This document shows positions 1-12,960 of a stretch of DNA of 64,000 nt, piece by piece. The stretch lies in NCBI RefSeq assembly GCF_964213995.1, contig NC_135813.1, positions 87,730,001 to 87,794,000 on the forward strand, in the 5' to 3' direction. The notes beneath the pieces were generated by a model. It searched no databases, was not told the DNA's origin, and saw only the letters and a program-made list of their open reading frames with translations. This DNA comes from Mustelus asterias (taxonomy: Eukaryota). The number at the start of each line of letters is the position of its first letter. Positions within the stretch are counted from its first letter, which is position 1. The position numbers and the translations under genes are program-made.

Positions 1-1109
1 GTCTAAGAAAATAAATATTTGTCTTGGAGATGTAAAGTACACTAGATTGGTCCCTGGAATGGGAGGCTGAGTAAATTGGGACCTATACTCTCTGGAATTT
101 AGAAGAATTGAGAATTATTTCATTGAAAGTTACAAGATTATGAAGGAGCATATTAGGCTAGAAACTGAGGAGTTACTTCACCAAATTGGGTTATCTGAAA
201 CATGGGGAACACAGCTCCAGGATAAATGGTTGACCATTTAGGACTGAGATGAGAAATGTCTTCATGGAGTGTTATGAATCATTGCAGTTCTCTACCCTAG
301 AGGTTTGTGGATGCACCATCATTGAATATATTGAAGAATGAGATAGATTATTGATATCTCAGGGAATCCAAGGATATGGGGAGCAGGTACAAAAGTAGAG
401 TTGAGGCTGAAGATCAGCCGTGATTGTATTGAATGACAAGAACAAGCTTGAGGGGTAACATGGTCTAACTCTTTTCCTAGTTCTTAGATTCTCATTTTCT
501 TCTAACTTGAGGCTTGAAGCTCACTTTCAAAGAATGGTCAAAGCTTTATGTCAATGTGGATCCCAATCCTGAAATATGCCATAATTAAAATGCAAAAGAA
601 AATCCATGCTGCAACAAGTTTAATGCGTAGCGCAAATCCAACAAAGCGGTGCATCAGTATCTTTTCCTCTTGAATAGCCCATTGTTTTAGAGAAAACTCT
701 GAGCTGCTAATATCTTTAATATTTTGTTTGAGGGAGAAAATGCTTGGCGACTTTTGAGCCATTCAGTATTGTTTTAGAAAGGAGTGAATTATAACTAAAT
801 ACAAATGTTAAATTAAGTTCTCTAGAATACTGTTTTGCAATTTAATTATTGCATTTTACAAGAATAAAGTTATATTTTCCCATATGTCCCTTTTGAAGCA
901 CCTTTGATCATACTTTTACATTGAAGGCACTATATGAGCTATAGTTACCATTATATTCATATCATTTAGAGTTTGGGCTGCACCACATTTCTGGACAGGT
1001 GTACAAAAGTTCAACACATTTTGAGCAAAATGAAGTCCTTACTGCCAAAATGTGCTTAAATAGCAGGGGTCAGATCTGATCTTAGATTATTTTTCAAATA
1101 AAATTTTAC

Positions 1110-1392
1110 CTTTTTCATCCCCTACATTCATTGCCCACTCCTTCTCCCTGCAGTATTTGTCAATGTTGTCCACCACACTCTTTGCATCACCTTTCACAGC
1201 ATTTTGCAGCACAAATTCTAAAATTCTCTCCTCTTTGCTTCTTCCGGTTATGAGCTGTGTCATTTTCTCTTTCAGGACGGTGTGCCAGAAAATTGCAGCT
1301 GTGCTGTTGTTCCGAACCAGGATAGGGAACAGTAGGAGAAGGAAAAGTAGACTTGCCACAAAGATGCCAAGGATTGTGAGATAGTCCAGCAT
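1110..1392 (-). CDS. COMT: Second (duplicated) copy of COMT coding exon 1; remaining exons expected left of the window
   Basis: Same translation and splice sites as 33831-34113 at offset 32721. Confidence 0.88.
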
Positions 1393-3569
1393 CTAGAGAG
1401 GGTAAAATACACAAACTACAAATGTGCACAAAAGGAACAGGCTTGTTCCAAATTAACAATATTCATTAAATAATTATAATCTATCACCAAGTCAAGTCCA
1501 GAGATGTGTGGGTTAGATAGATTGGCAATGCTAAATTGCCCCTTAGTATCAGGGGGACTAGCTAGGGTAAATGCATGGAGTTATGGGGATCAGGCCTGGG
1601 TGGGATTGTGGTCGGTGCAGACTCGATGGGCCAAATGGCCTCCTTCTGCACTATAGGATTCTATGATCACCATGGGCGCAGTGGCTGAATTCAGTTACCC
1701 AGTCCATCCAATTGTACCATCTCCTGCCCTGATTGAAATCAACTGGCCCTGCATTCACCAGGAATTGAATGTGGATTAATATGGCTTCATCAGACACTGA
1801 AGTGGTTGAGAGGGAGCTATGAATGATCTACTTGTAGTTGGACTGTATAGTATTACAGTTCCTGCAGATGCACACACAAGAGTAGCAGTTTTCTGCCACC
1901 TATTTCGGTCCTTGTCAATGCTCGCCTGGTGACTATTAGTTTAAATAGTCAACTTGAATCTTGTATATAGAAATTAATAGAGACCAATAGGGAGAGAGAG
2001 CCAAAGGTTGCAAACTCTGGCCATGTTTCGGGAGGTTTCACCACATGATATCCCACCTCCAACAACCTTTCCCTCCCCAACAGACTTCTAACATCATTTG
2101 TTAATATTTTGATAACTAACTAAAATGAAAACTACTCTCAATTAATTAAACATCCCCAATTATTTTTCTCCTGGGTTGCCATCCCTGAAGACTAATCTTC
2201 AGTTTGTGGGCTCTTCAGGACAATTCTGGAGAGTTGGCAACCCTCAGATAACCTCAACATCTGGCCTCTGCAGCCAGATTCTGAATGAGTAAAGCAACAG
2301 ATTACGAGTCAGAAGAATGGCGTTTCTTACCTATGCTTTTTCACCTGGTGAAAAGCCAGCTTTAAGCAGTGATTTTTCTTTGCTCTGCCAACCCTCCCCA
2401 CCCCAGCAGCCGAATGATTAATTGTTCACACGTTCGCTGTAGATTGTCTATTCCTCGTTCCAGACAAATCTTTCCCCTCCCCTGCCAACATCTCCTTGTT
2501 ATGCTGCCTCTTGGATTAAACAAAGTACGTTGTGTTTTGTTTGCTCGGTGAAGGAGCTGGTGTAATGGAAACATGCTTCCCGGAACATCCTGTTGCCACG
2601 GAAACATTCTGAAATCCCACTGGCACTAATAAATAACAACACGCCCTTACGGAAATACCGAAGTGCGTTTTTGAACAGTGATCTCTCAATTGTAATTACA
2701 TTAATCCTAAAATGAGAGTACCTTTCAACGAATAATCATGTCAAAGATGTAAGGACAATCAATTAAGTTGTTCATTTATCTTTGCACCCTGAATGATGAA
2801 AGTTAAATTCTAGACCTTAACTGTAAAACAGATTTATCACGGTAATAACAGTGGAGTATAGGATTACACTTAAATTACATTCTTCATAAAGAAAAATAAA
2901 TGTACAGTTTAAGCACCTGTACTTAATACAGGAAGTTACATTTACAGCTGGTAATTACCTTTTGTAGAAGCAGAATTGTTCAGTCCCAGGCACCTTGTTG
3001 AAAACTAGCTGGTTTATTAAAGATCATATTTGGGTCGAGTTTCTGAATGCCAATCACACACGATTGCATCATTCTACATTCACTACAGCTGACATCTAGA
3101 AAGCGTTAAAAAGGTAACGTTTGACCTTTTCTACTGCATCGCCCGTGGGGGAGGGAGGAGGGAGCATTGCTTTGTTTTAGTGTCTCAGATTTATCTTTAG
3201 CCTTGCTTTATACTTCAAATTGTAATTTTATTTTTACCTTCATCCAATTCTCATCTTCTGAAGGCACTAAATTCACAGTGTGTGGTTGCAGGGAGAGTTT
3301 GACTGCTATCTTTTCCTGCAGCTGTGCACCCCACTCTCCGCCTTCGCCAGCTGGTCCATCACACTTGCCCCACATCAAACTGGCTGCACCATTGTGGCTA
3401 AACACTTCTTCTCCCCTCTTCTCTCTTTCTCCGCCCCCCCCCCCCCCCCCCCCCCCGAGAGACAACAAGGGGGGGAAATCCTAAAATTTCTCTCTCCAAC
3501 CCCTTGAAATGGTAGAAAGCTGTCCAGGAGATCACATCGACCCAGTATCACCTTTGATGAGCAAGTTAC

Positions 3570-3885
3570 CGGCATAGTGGTTAGCACTGCTGTCTCTCAG
3601 CGCCAGGGACCCAGGTTCGATTCCCGGCTCGGGTCACTGTCTGTTTGGAGGTTGCACGTTTTCCCTGTGTCTGCATGGGTTTTCTCCAGGTGCTCCGGTT
3701 TCCTCCCACAGTTCAAAGATGTGTGGAGTAGGAGCATTGGCCGTGTTAAATTGACCCTAGTGTCGGGGTTAGTGGGGTTACGGGAATAGGGCCTGGGTGG
3801 GATTGTGGTCGGTGCAGACTCGATGGGCCAAATGGCCTCTCTCTGCACTGTAGGGATTCTATGATTCTATTCTATGATTCTGTGA
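3570..3885 (+). mobile_element. HE1-type tRNA-derived SINE with CR1-type tail (copy at 36291-36606)
   Basis: A/B boxes (tggttagcactg; ggttcgattcc), central domain ggtgctccggtttcctcccacag, (attctatg)n tail. Confidence 0.85.
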
Positions 3886-4369
3886 ATTGCCAATTATTAT
3901 CTTTTCCGATCAGGGAATGGAATCTGGGGGTGACCATCCCAATTGTATCACCCACATTGTTACCATTTTGGGGGTTGAATCTGTCATCCTTTTGATCTGT
4001 GAGACTCAGCCACACTAACTTCATCGATTGAAGCATCAGAGGAACCTTTTACTGAAATCGCTGAATTTGAGGGGAGTGGTCATTCAGCCCATCGTGCTTG
4101 TGGAGGCTTTTCTATCAGTTAGTCTGGCTGCCTTTTTTTTGTAATAGCCTGACAAATATGAATACTGATACAGTTTGTATCTCGTGTTTTATGATTACTT
4201 TTATATTCAACCTTGTATTTATGATCCTTTTTCACTTGGGAGGGCTGTTCTACATAAATCATTTCAATTAAAGAAACTGCCATGACCAGTAGTTAACAAC
4301 TGTATAATGCAATACCAGAAAGATTTACTATTGATGTTTAATATATTTCAAAGGCTTGATACATAACTT

Positions 4370-4471
4370 AATATACAATGGCTCACAGTGGTTAACATCC
4401 TCGTATGGTTTGATATTATTACTAATATCAAACCATACGAGGGTGTTGACCATTGTGAGCCATCGTATATT
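4370..4471. repeat. Inverted repeat / hairpin, 49-bp arms, 4-nt loop (copy at 37091-37192)
   Basis: Arms 4370-4418 and 4423-4471 with 4 mismatches, all transitions. Confidence 0.92.
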
Positions 4472-5280
4472 GTAAAGTAATTGATGATATAAATCTGCAG
4501 GATGAGTACAAGACAGTAGTTGGATCGAGTCCAATGCTCATTACAAAATTCAATCTTCCAAAAAGCATGCGCCAGATAAAGTGGCAATAGAACCGAGAGA
4601 GGAAGGATTTTTTTTACAGTAGTGCATTCTTATGACCTGGAATGTAATGTCAAGGATAGTGAAACATAGAAGTTAGAAGCAGGAAGAGGCCATTTGGCCC
4701 TTTGAGCCTGCTCCGCCATTCATCACGATCATGGCTGATCGTCCAACTCAGCAGCCTAATCCTGCTTTCTCCCCATAACCTTTGATCCCATTCACCCCGA
4801 GTGCTATATCCAGCCGCCTCTTGAATACATTCAATGTTTTGGCTTCAACTACTTCCTGTGATAATGAATTCCACAGTGAAAACAAATTCAGTACAAAATT
4901 TGAAATGGAATTTGAGAAGTACTCGTTAAGGAAAAATTTATGGGTCCTTGGGGAAAGGGACGGTGAATGGATGCAATTGGATAGGTCTACTGAAGAGCTG
5001 GCACAAGTGCAATGGACATGAGGACCTCCTGTGTGCTATAATTCCAAGTATTGTGATTTTTAGTTAAAAAAATTACTGTGCTATATGTCCAGAAACAGCT
5101 CAACCGGAGTGTTGAACAATTCAATCAGTTTTGATGGCCTGATTTTGACTTCATAAAATTGTCTCTGGGTGGCAGTCTCCTGTACTGTTCATCATCTTAC
5201 CAGAATCCTGGGTTTTAAGATTGAACATCTCTCTCTCCCCTCACATCTCTACATCTCAGAAAATCTCCTCAAACTCAAAC

Positions 5281-6041
5281 TGGACTATTATTTAAATGGT
5301 AAAAAATTGCAGCATGCTGCTGTGCAGAGGGACCTGGATGTCCTTGTGCAAGAATCACAAGGAGTTGGTTTACAGGTGCAGCAGGTAATTAAGAAGGCAA
5401 ATGAAATTTTGTCCTTCATTGCTAGAGGGATGGAGTTTAAAAACAGCGAGATTATGTTGCAGCTGTATAAGGCACTGGTGAGGCCACATCTGGAGTACTG
5501 TATACAGTTTTGGTCTCCTTACTTGAGAAAGGATATACTGGCACTGGAGGGGGTGCAGAGGAGATTCACTAGGTTGATTCCGGAGTTGAGAGGGTTGGCT
5601 TATGAGGAGAGACTGAGTAGACTGGGGCTATACTCATTGGAATTCAGAAGAATGAGGGGAGATCTTATAGAAACATATAAGATCATGAAGGGAATAGATA
5701 AGATAGGAGCAGGGAAGTTGTTTCCACTGGCAGGTGAAACTAGAACTAGGGGGCATGGCCTCAAAATAAGGGGGAGCAGATTTAGGACTGAGTTGAGGAG
5801 GGACTTCTTCACACAAAGGGTTGTGAATCTGTGGAATTCCCTGCCCAGTGAAGCAGTTGAGGCTACCTCATTGAATGTTTTTAAGGCAAGGATAGATAAA
5901 TTTTTGAACAGTAAAGGAATTAAGGGTTATGGTGAGCGGGCGGTAAGTGGAGCTGAGTCCAAAAAGGATCAGCCATGATATTGAATGGCAGAGCAGGCTT
6001 GAGGGGTCAGATAGCCTACTGCTGCTCCTAATTATGTTCTT
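5281..6041 (+). mobile_element. CR1/HER1 LINE, 5'-truncated RT C-terminus plus 3' UTR (copy at 38002-38762)
   Basis: LYKALVRPHLEYCIQFWSP...LERRR-like...TRGH motifs, uninterrupted frame. Confidence 0.9.
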
Positions 6042-6648
6042 CAAACCATAGGTGTCACATCTTGTATGTCATAAGCTGCAACTGAACGTGACTTCATGAA
6101 ATCTGAGCATGATATCAACTTAAAGCATTTTTTCTATTGTTTTGATATAGCAAGATCTTAGCAATGACCGATGAGATGAACGATTAATTAATGTTTGTTC
6201 TACTGGTTGAGGATTGAATGTTGGCCAGGATGTATTATTTGAAGAGCAGGACTGACTTTGAGGTAGATCAGCCATGATCCAGTTAAATGGCAGAGCATAA
6301 TTGAGGGCTGAATGACCACCTCCTGCTCTTATGTTCCTGTTGTATTCCTTAAATATTGTAGTTGATTGTTGAAGACGTTGACTCCTGGATGATGATTTCA
6401 AGGATCTCATTACTCTCCATTACCATCCAGGTGACCATTTGTCTGTCAAAGTCCAAACAGTAAACTTGGCAGTCTATTCGGGAGTCGCAGCCAAGCCTGA
6501 TACATCGTCACTTGCAGTGGGTATTGATGCATAATAATCAGGAACAAAAATCCGGCTGATTCATTTTTCCCTACATCTTTTCATGGGATAATCAATTGTT
6601 CTGCCTGTATTATCATCTTGGCCAAGATCGGTCAACTCAGTAAAGTGA

Positions 6649-7012
6649 TTAATAAATAAACTTTACTTTTTACAAGTAAGGCTTACATTAACACTGCAGT
6701 GAAGTTACTGTGAAATTCCCCTAGTTGCCAGCACTCCGGCACCTGTTTGGGTCAATGCACCCTAACCAACACATCTTTCAGAATGTGGGAGGAAACCGGA
6801 AACCATGTCCCCAATGTGGGCTGGCACGGTGGCACAGTGGGTTAGCACTGCTGCTTCACAGCGCCAGGGACCCGGGTTCGACTCCTGGCTTGGGTCACTG
6901 TCCATGTGGAGTTTGCACGTTCTCCCCGTGTCTGTGTGGGTTTCCTCCGGGTGCTCCGGTTTCCTCCCACATCCTGAAAGACGTGTTGGTTAGGTGCATT
7001 GACCCGAACAGT
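6649..7012. mobile_element. Two divergent partial HE1-type SINEs (copy at 39370-39733)
   Basis: Minus-strand piece with the alternative tail at 6649-6803; plus-strand head at 6818-7012. Confidence 0.75.
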
Positions 7013-8850
7013 AGAGATCATGGGTTGAATGTGGCACCCTGCCATGTTACACACCGGATAGATTCTGAGTGTTTTTGGCAACTTGAGCATTTCCTTCAAT
7101 TGTACAAATCATATTTAATATTCAGATCCCAAAGCTATATAAATCTTTTGGCATTTGAAATGTTTTTATTGAGAAGTAAAGGATTTTTTGAGCAAATCGA
7201 TTCACAAATGTGTCACAGTTTGTTCTGTCACGGAACGTTTGGTTATTCAATATCTTTGTTTTTGTGCTATTTCCTCCTCTAGTTAGAGATGGTGTTGCAC
7301 TATAATAAACATGCATTTTCAACTTGCGACATCTCACCGTCTGGTGCATGCAGTTATTTAACAGCACCTGCAAACACTTGTATCAGAGCTTCCAAAACTG
7401 AATCGCAATGACGAGATTTTGAGGTTGTGAGCTTTGAGGGTGAATTTCGGATGGATTTCTGCTGGTTGTAATCCCTTGCTTTTTATAATGGTGGGTGCAG
7501 CTGAATGGACAGCTCTCTGAGGCCCAATTGCTGCTGCAAAAGAAGCCAGTAAAAAGGTGAAAGCAAAATACTGCAGATGCTGGAATCTGAGTCAGTAAAA
7601 AGGTAGGTTTTTTTTTGTAGAAAGCCTATTTCCTTAATAACCAGGATCATTTTACATCAATAATCAGGATCATAATGTGTTACTAATTGTGATTAAATTA
7701 CAATAATTTGAATCCTATTGTATCAGCGATAAGGATTCTATTACATAATTATAATTGCTCACTCTTACTTCATTAACAGTCAGATTACTATTACATTCAT
7801 AATCTGGTGTCCGTTCCATCAAAATCCAATTCTTATTGCATAAATAATGAGTATCCTATTTAATTAATCAGGATTCTGTTACGTTAATCAGGATCCAGTT
7901 GCATTAATTATACTTTCAATTGCACTAATAATAAACTGCAACATAATCCCTTTTTGCATTAATAATAATTATCCTGGCAGCTGTAGCCTCCCCAACCCCC
8001 CCACCCTCCCCCAGCAACACTCAGACCACCAACATTCTCATTATATGATCACACAAAGGAGTCTGACGTATTAAAATGGAATCACACCAGGAAAATGTTT
8101 GGGCAGCACTGACTTGTGTTATGATCCTTGCTCAGACCCTCAAGTTTTTGGTAAGAATCGTTTATGTACCAGTAACATCTTGTTTAAAATAGACAAAGGT
8201 TGAGATTCAAGACACATACTCAGAAGATAAAGCCACAAGACTCCCATGGGTTTTTAACAAACAAGAATAAATGTGTAAAGATGGGAAATATAAAACAATT
8301 CATAATGTCTAACTTATACTCTAACATTCAAGGTTTATGCAAAGTACATATAAGTTAACAGACAAACTGTGGTCAAATACACCACACCATAAATGGCAGA
8401 TGTGACCAAGATGAAGTCGAAGGATTTCTTAACCCACATAAATGTCAGTCACACTGAAAGTCGACCAATTTCACAAACTCTACCCCTCTCTCATGAGGGA
8501 TTCCGTCTTCACCTTCGAAGATCTAACCTCGGAATTCTCTCCACAAGTCATTCCAACTTGGAGGGCCTCAACGACATCCAACCTCACGGGGTTTGAGTCT
8601 TGTCTTCCGAGAGTTTGTTCCTCTAATTCCCAAATCTGAACTCCAGCTACAATCACAAGCACAACTTCAGGTCTTCAGCCAAGCTAAGCAGATTTCTCCA
8701 AAGGAGTATCTTCATTCCAGTGACCTGCGGCATGGCAGAACCAACCTTCTGCTGCCATCTTAGGTCTTCAGGGCTTCTCCTGAGCACTTTACGATTAAGA
8801 AGTTTAACAACACCAGGTTAAAGTCCAACAGGTTTATTTGGTAGCAAATG

Positions 8851-8887
8851 CCACTAGCTTTCGGAGCGCTGCCCCTTCGTCAGGTGG
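8851..8887 (-). ncRNA. Minimal hammerhead ribozyme motif in Penelope terminal repeat
   Basis: Minus strand: CCAC-CUGACGA-A-GGGGC-AGC-GCUCC-GAAAGCU-A-GUGG (stem I CCAC/GUGG, stem II, palindromic AGCU in place of stem III). Confidence 0.65.
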
Positions 8888-9444
8888 AATGGAGAAATGC
8901 TCACAAACAGGGCATACAGATTCACAAACTCAATTTACAGAATAATAATTGGAATGCAGTCTTTACAGATAATCAAGACTTAAAGGCACAAACAATGTGA
9001 ATGGAGGGAGCATTAAGCACAGGTTAGAGAGATGTGTATTGGAGAGATCCTCCGGAGCCTTCAACATGTCATTGATGAAGACGAACATCTCGCCAAGGCC
9101 ATCCCCACACCCCCACTTCTTGCCTTCAAACAACTGCACAACCTCAAACAGACCATTGTCCGCAGCAAAATACCCAGCCTTCAGGAGTACAGTGACCACG
9201 ACACCACACAACCCTGCCACAGCAACCTCTGCAAGACGTGCCGGATCATCGACACAGATGCCATCATCTCACGTGAGAACACCATCCACCAGGTACACGG
9301 TACATACTCTTGCAACTCGGCCAACGTTGTCTACCTGATACGCTGCAGGAAAGGATGTCCCGAAGCATGGTACATTGGGGAGACCATGCAGACGCTATGA
9401 CAATGGATGGATGAACACTGCTCGACAATCACCAGGCAAGACTG

Positions 9445-9660
9445 GTTGAAAAAGAGTGGTTGGGGTGTGGAATGGACTGCCTGCAGTGATAGTGGAGTCA
9501 GACACTTTAGGAACATTTAAGTGGTTATTGGATAGGCACATGGAGCACACCAGGATGATAGGGAGTGGGATAGCTTGATCTTGGTTTCAGATAAAGCTCG
9601 GCACAACATCGTGGGCCGAAGGGCCTGTTCTGTGCTGTACTGTTCTATGTTCTATGTTCT
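9445..9660 (+). mobile_element. CR1 3' tail inserted in Penelope (second copy at 42166-42381)
   Basis: Ends in (ttctatg)n tail; flanked by 7-bp target-site duplication aagactg (9438-9444 and 9661-9667). Confidence 0.85.
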
Positions 9661-11519
9661 AAGACTGTTCTCTTCCTGTTGGGGAGCACTTCAGCGGTCA
9701 CGGGCATTCGGCCTCTGATCTTTGCGTAAGCGTTCTCCAAGGCGGCCTTCATGACACACGACAGCGCAGAGTCGCTGAGCAGAAACTGATAGCCAAGTTC
9801 CGCACACATGAGGATGGCCTCAACCGGGATCTTGGGTTCATGTCACACTAATCCCACCAAAACAGTCAGCAAGAAATGTATTTGCAACTAGTAAATTGAG
9901 AGGATGAGGTTAAGTAGGTTTTTCTTTCCTGTTGGTTCCCAATGCAGACCCAGTCTTGCCACTATGCACTCAGAGCTCAGTCAGTAGTGGTACTATTGAA
10001 GCACTCTTGGTGATGGACATTGAATGCCCCCACCCAGTGTACATTCTGTGCCCTTGCCACCGTTGGTGCTGCTTCCATTGGGGTTCAACATGGTGGAGTA
10101 CCAATTTATCAGCTGATGGGGTGTGGTAGTTGGAAGGTTTCTATGTTCTTGGTTGATCTGATGCCATGTTGAGGACTCTCAGAACAACTCCCAACTGTAT
10201 GCCACTGTGCTACCACCACTTCTGGTGGATCTAACATGCCAGCATAGCAATAGAGGAGCCTGGGCCATTGGCTTTAAGGTATGATTCAGTGAGTATGACT
10301 TGGTCTGGCTGTTGCTTGCCTAGTCAGTGGGATGCTTTCCCAATTTTGGCACAAAACCCCAGATGTTAGTATGGAGGACTTTGCAGGGTTGACGGGGCTG
10401 GGGTGTCACTTTTGTTTCTGGTGCCTCGGTCAATATTGGGTGGTCTGTCTGGTTTCATTCCTTTCTAATTTTTTGATGGTTTGATACAACTGAGTGGCTT
10501 GCTAGACCATTTTGGGGTGCAGTTAAAAGTCAAAAGTGTTGTTGTGGGTCTGGAATCACAGCTAAATCAGACCAGGTAAAATGGCAGATTTTCTTCCCTC
10601 AAGACATTAGCAATACACTTTGGTTTTTACAATAGCCGACAATAGTTTCATGGTCACTGTTACTGGGACTGGCTATTTTAATTCCAGATTTATTAATTAA
10701 ATTCAAATTCCACCAGCTGTCACAGTGGGATTTGAGCCTGTGTCCCCAGGGCATGAGTCTGGGCTTCTGGATTAGTAGTCCAGTGACACTATGTCATCAT
10801 CTCCCCTTTAATAGAAATGATCAGAAAGTAAGATTCAATTAACCTGTGCTGAACTGTAACATTAAGGAACGACAGAAAGAACTTGTATTTAGTACCTTTC
10901 AGGACCTTAAGATTTCCCCAGTGTTTCACAGCCAATAAAGTACTTTTGAAGTGTACCCACTATTGTAATGAAAAAATATTGTAACAATTCAGTACTTTAT
11001 GATTTCAAAAAACGCTGATGACATCTTTAATAAACTTGGCCGAATAGTGCAGCTATTATTTTGAATGTGCAGAAGCACCAACTCTATCAAAATGAAATTT
11101 AATCAGAAAAGTGTTCAAATATTTTTGAGTTTACTAAACCCCGTCTGTTACAGTGATACAGACAGCCCTGTGTCTTGGATTATCTGAAATTTCTTATTTG
11201 TCCTATAATATTTGCTTTTCTCAAGATGCTGATTCTCTGTTGAGGTGAACTTAGGTGACTGGCAGGTACCCTCCAGTTGCTCAAGGAAGTGGCCTTTTGT
11301 CATGTGTACCACAGGGCAAGTCATATGCTGTCCTTTGGGAATCCAACATTGATTGCTGGATAACAATATGGAGCAGAATTTTCCCCTACCTATTCCCATG
11401 GTAAGACTTGCATTTATATAGTCTCTTCATGATAACCAGACATCTCAAAATCTTTTGAAAGGTTGTCCACTGTTATCATGTAGAAAATGGGGGAACTAAT
11501 CTGCGTCCAGCAATCTTCT

Positions 11520-12695
11520 GCAAACTGCATACTGATAATGTGGATGCAGTTTATATGGACTTTAGTAAGATGTTTGACAAGGTCCCGCATGGCAGACTGG
11601 TACAAAATTTAATATCACGTGGATTCGGGGTGGGCTGGCTAGATGGATACAGTACTGGCTTGGTCATAGAAGACAAGAGTAGCGGTGGAAGGGTGTTTTC
11701 AGAATTGAGATATGTAGCTAGTGCTATTCCATAGGGATCAGTGCTAGTACCTCTATTGTTTGTAGTATATATAAATGGAGGAACATGTGTTTGGTCTGAT
11801 TTAGTAAGTTTGTGGATGACACAAAGATGAGTGGAGTTGCTAATAGTTCCGGGGATTGTCAGAGGACACAACAGGAAATAGATTGATTGGAGACTTGGGC
11901 ACAGAAATGGCAGATGGCGTTTAATCCAGACAAATGCAAGATGATGCATTTTGGAGGATCAAATTTAGGTGTGAATTATACTGTAAATGGCAGAACCCGT
12001 GGGAACATTAACATAGAGGGATCTGGGTGTGCAGGTCCACAGTTCCCTAAAAGTGGCAACATAGGTGGCCAGGGTGATTAAGAAAGTATATGGCATGCTT
12101 GCCTTCATTGGCTGAGGCATTGAGTACAAGAGTTGGAAAATCATGTTGCGCCTATATTAAACCTTGGTTAGGCTACATTTGAAGTATTGTGTGCAGTTCT
12201 GGTCACCACACTACCAGAAGAATGTGGAAGCTTTGGAGAGAGTGCAAAGAAGGTTCACCAGGGTGTTGACTATGAGGAGAGGTTAAATAAACTCGGATTG
12301 TTTTCACTGGAAAGACGGAGGCTGAGGAGGAGACCTGATAGAGGTCTACAAAATTATGCGAGGCATAGACAGGATGGATAGTCAGGCTTTTCCAAGGGTG
12401 GAAGTGTCAATTATAAGGGGGTACAGGTTCAAGGGTGGGGGGGGGGGGGGGGGGTGCGGATGTGCAGGGGAAGTTTTTCACGCAGTAAGTAGTGGGTGCC
12501 TGGAACGCGCTACCAGAGGAGGTGGTGGAAGCAGGCACATTAGCAACATTTAAGAGGTATCTGTATGGGTACATGAATAGGGAGGGAATAGAGGGATACG
12601 GGCCAAGTAAGGGCAGAAGGTTTTTTAAGTTTAGTTGGGCTATCATGATCAACACAGGCTGGAGAGTCGAAGGGCCTTTTTTTTTGTTCTATGAC
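11520..12695 (+). mobile_element. CR1 LINE RT fragment, frameshifted
   Basis: DAVYMDFSKxFDKVPH, WQMAFNPDKCK and LGLFSLERRRLR peptides in different frames. Confidence 0.88.
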
Positions 12696-12699
12696 CACA

Positions 12700-12960
12700 T
12701 GATCAGTTTTTGAGATGATGATTGAGGGAGAAGTTGCTAGAAAATCTTTACTCTTATTCAGAATAGTGCCACGGATTGTTTTGCATCCACCCACGGAAGT
12801 AAATGGGACCTTGGTTTCATGTCTTATCTGAAGAACAGCATCTCTGACAGTGCAGCACTCATTCAGTCCAGCAGTGTCACTAGCATCACACACTCTCAGG
12901 TCAGCTAGCTCAGCACAAACTGGGAGTCAAACATGGGATGTTCCTGAAATACATGGGCCA
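12700..12960 (-). mobile_element. DeuSINE (SacSINE1/AmnSINE1-like) remnant
   Basis: catccacc...cttggttt...gtcttatctgaa...gacagtgcagcactc resembles the Deu domain. Confidence 0.6.

Larger units (their letters stand above)
1..9850 (+). repeat. Segmental direct duplication, left copy (extends beyond window start)
   Basis: ORF track repeats exactly at +32721; every segment compared by eye was identical, including a C23 run; similarity ends after ...tgtcacacta at 9850. Confidence 0.97.
8796..9850 (+). mobile_element. Duplicated Penelope fragment truncated at the duplication junction
   Basis: Identical to 41517-42571; lacks the right terminal repeat. Confidence 0.88.

Noticed and set aside
3570-3650. 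tRNA-like A/B boxes as tRNA genes
   Set aside because: They are SINE heads followed by SINE core and tail; no complete cloverleaf.
5169-5978. 269-aa ORF as a host gene
   Set aside because: It is the C-terminal part of a CR1 reverse transcriptase fused to unrelated upstream sequence.
11154-11187. Short plus-strand segment encoding DSPVSWII* as the ARVCF C-terminus
   Set aside because: Does not match the expected DSWV terminus; too short to support.
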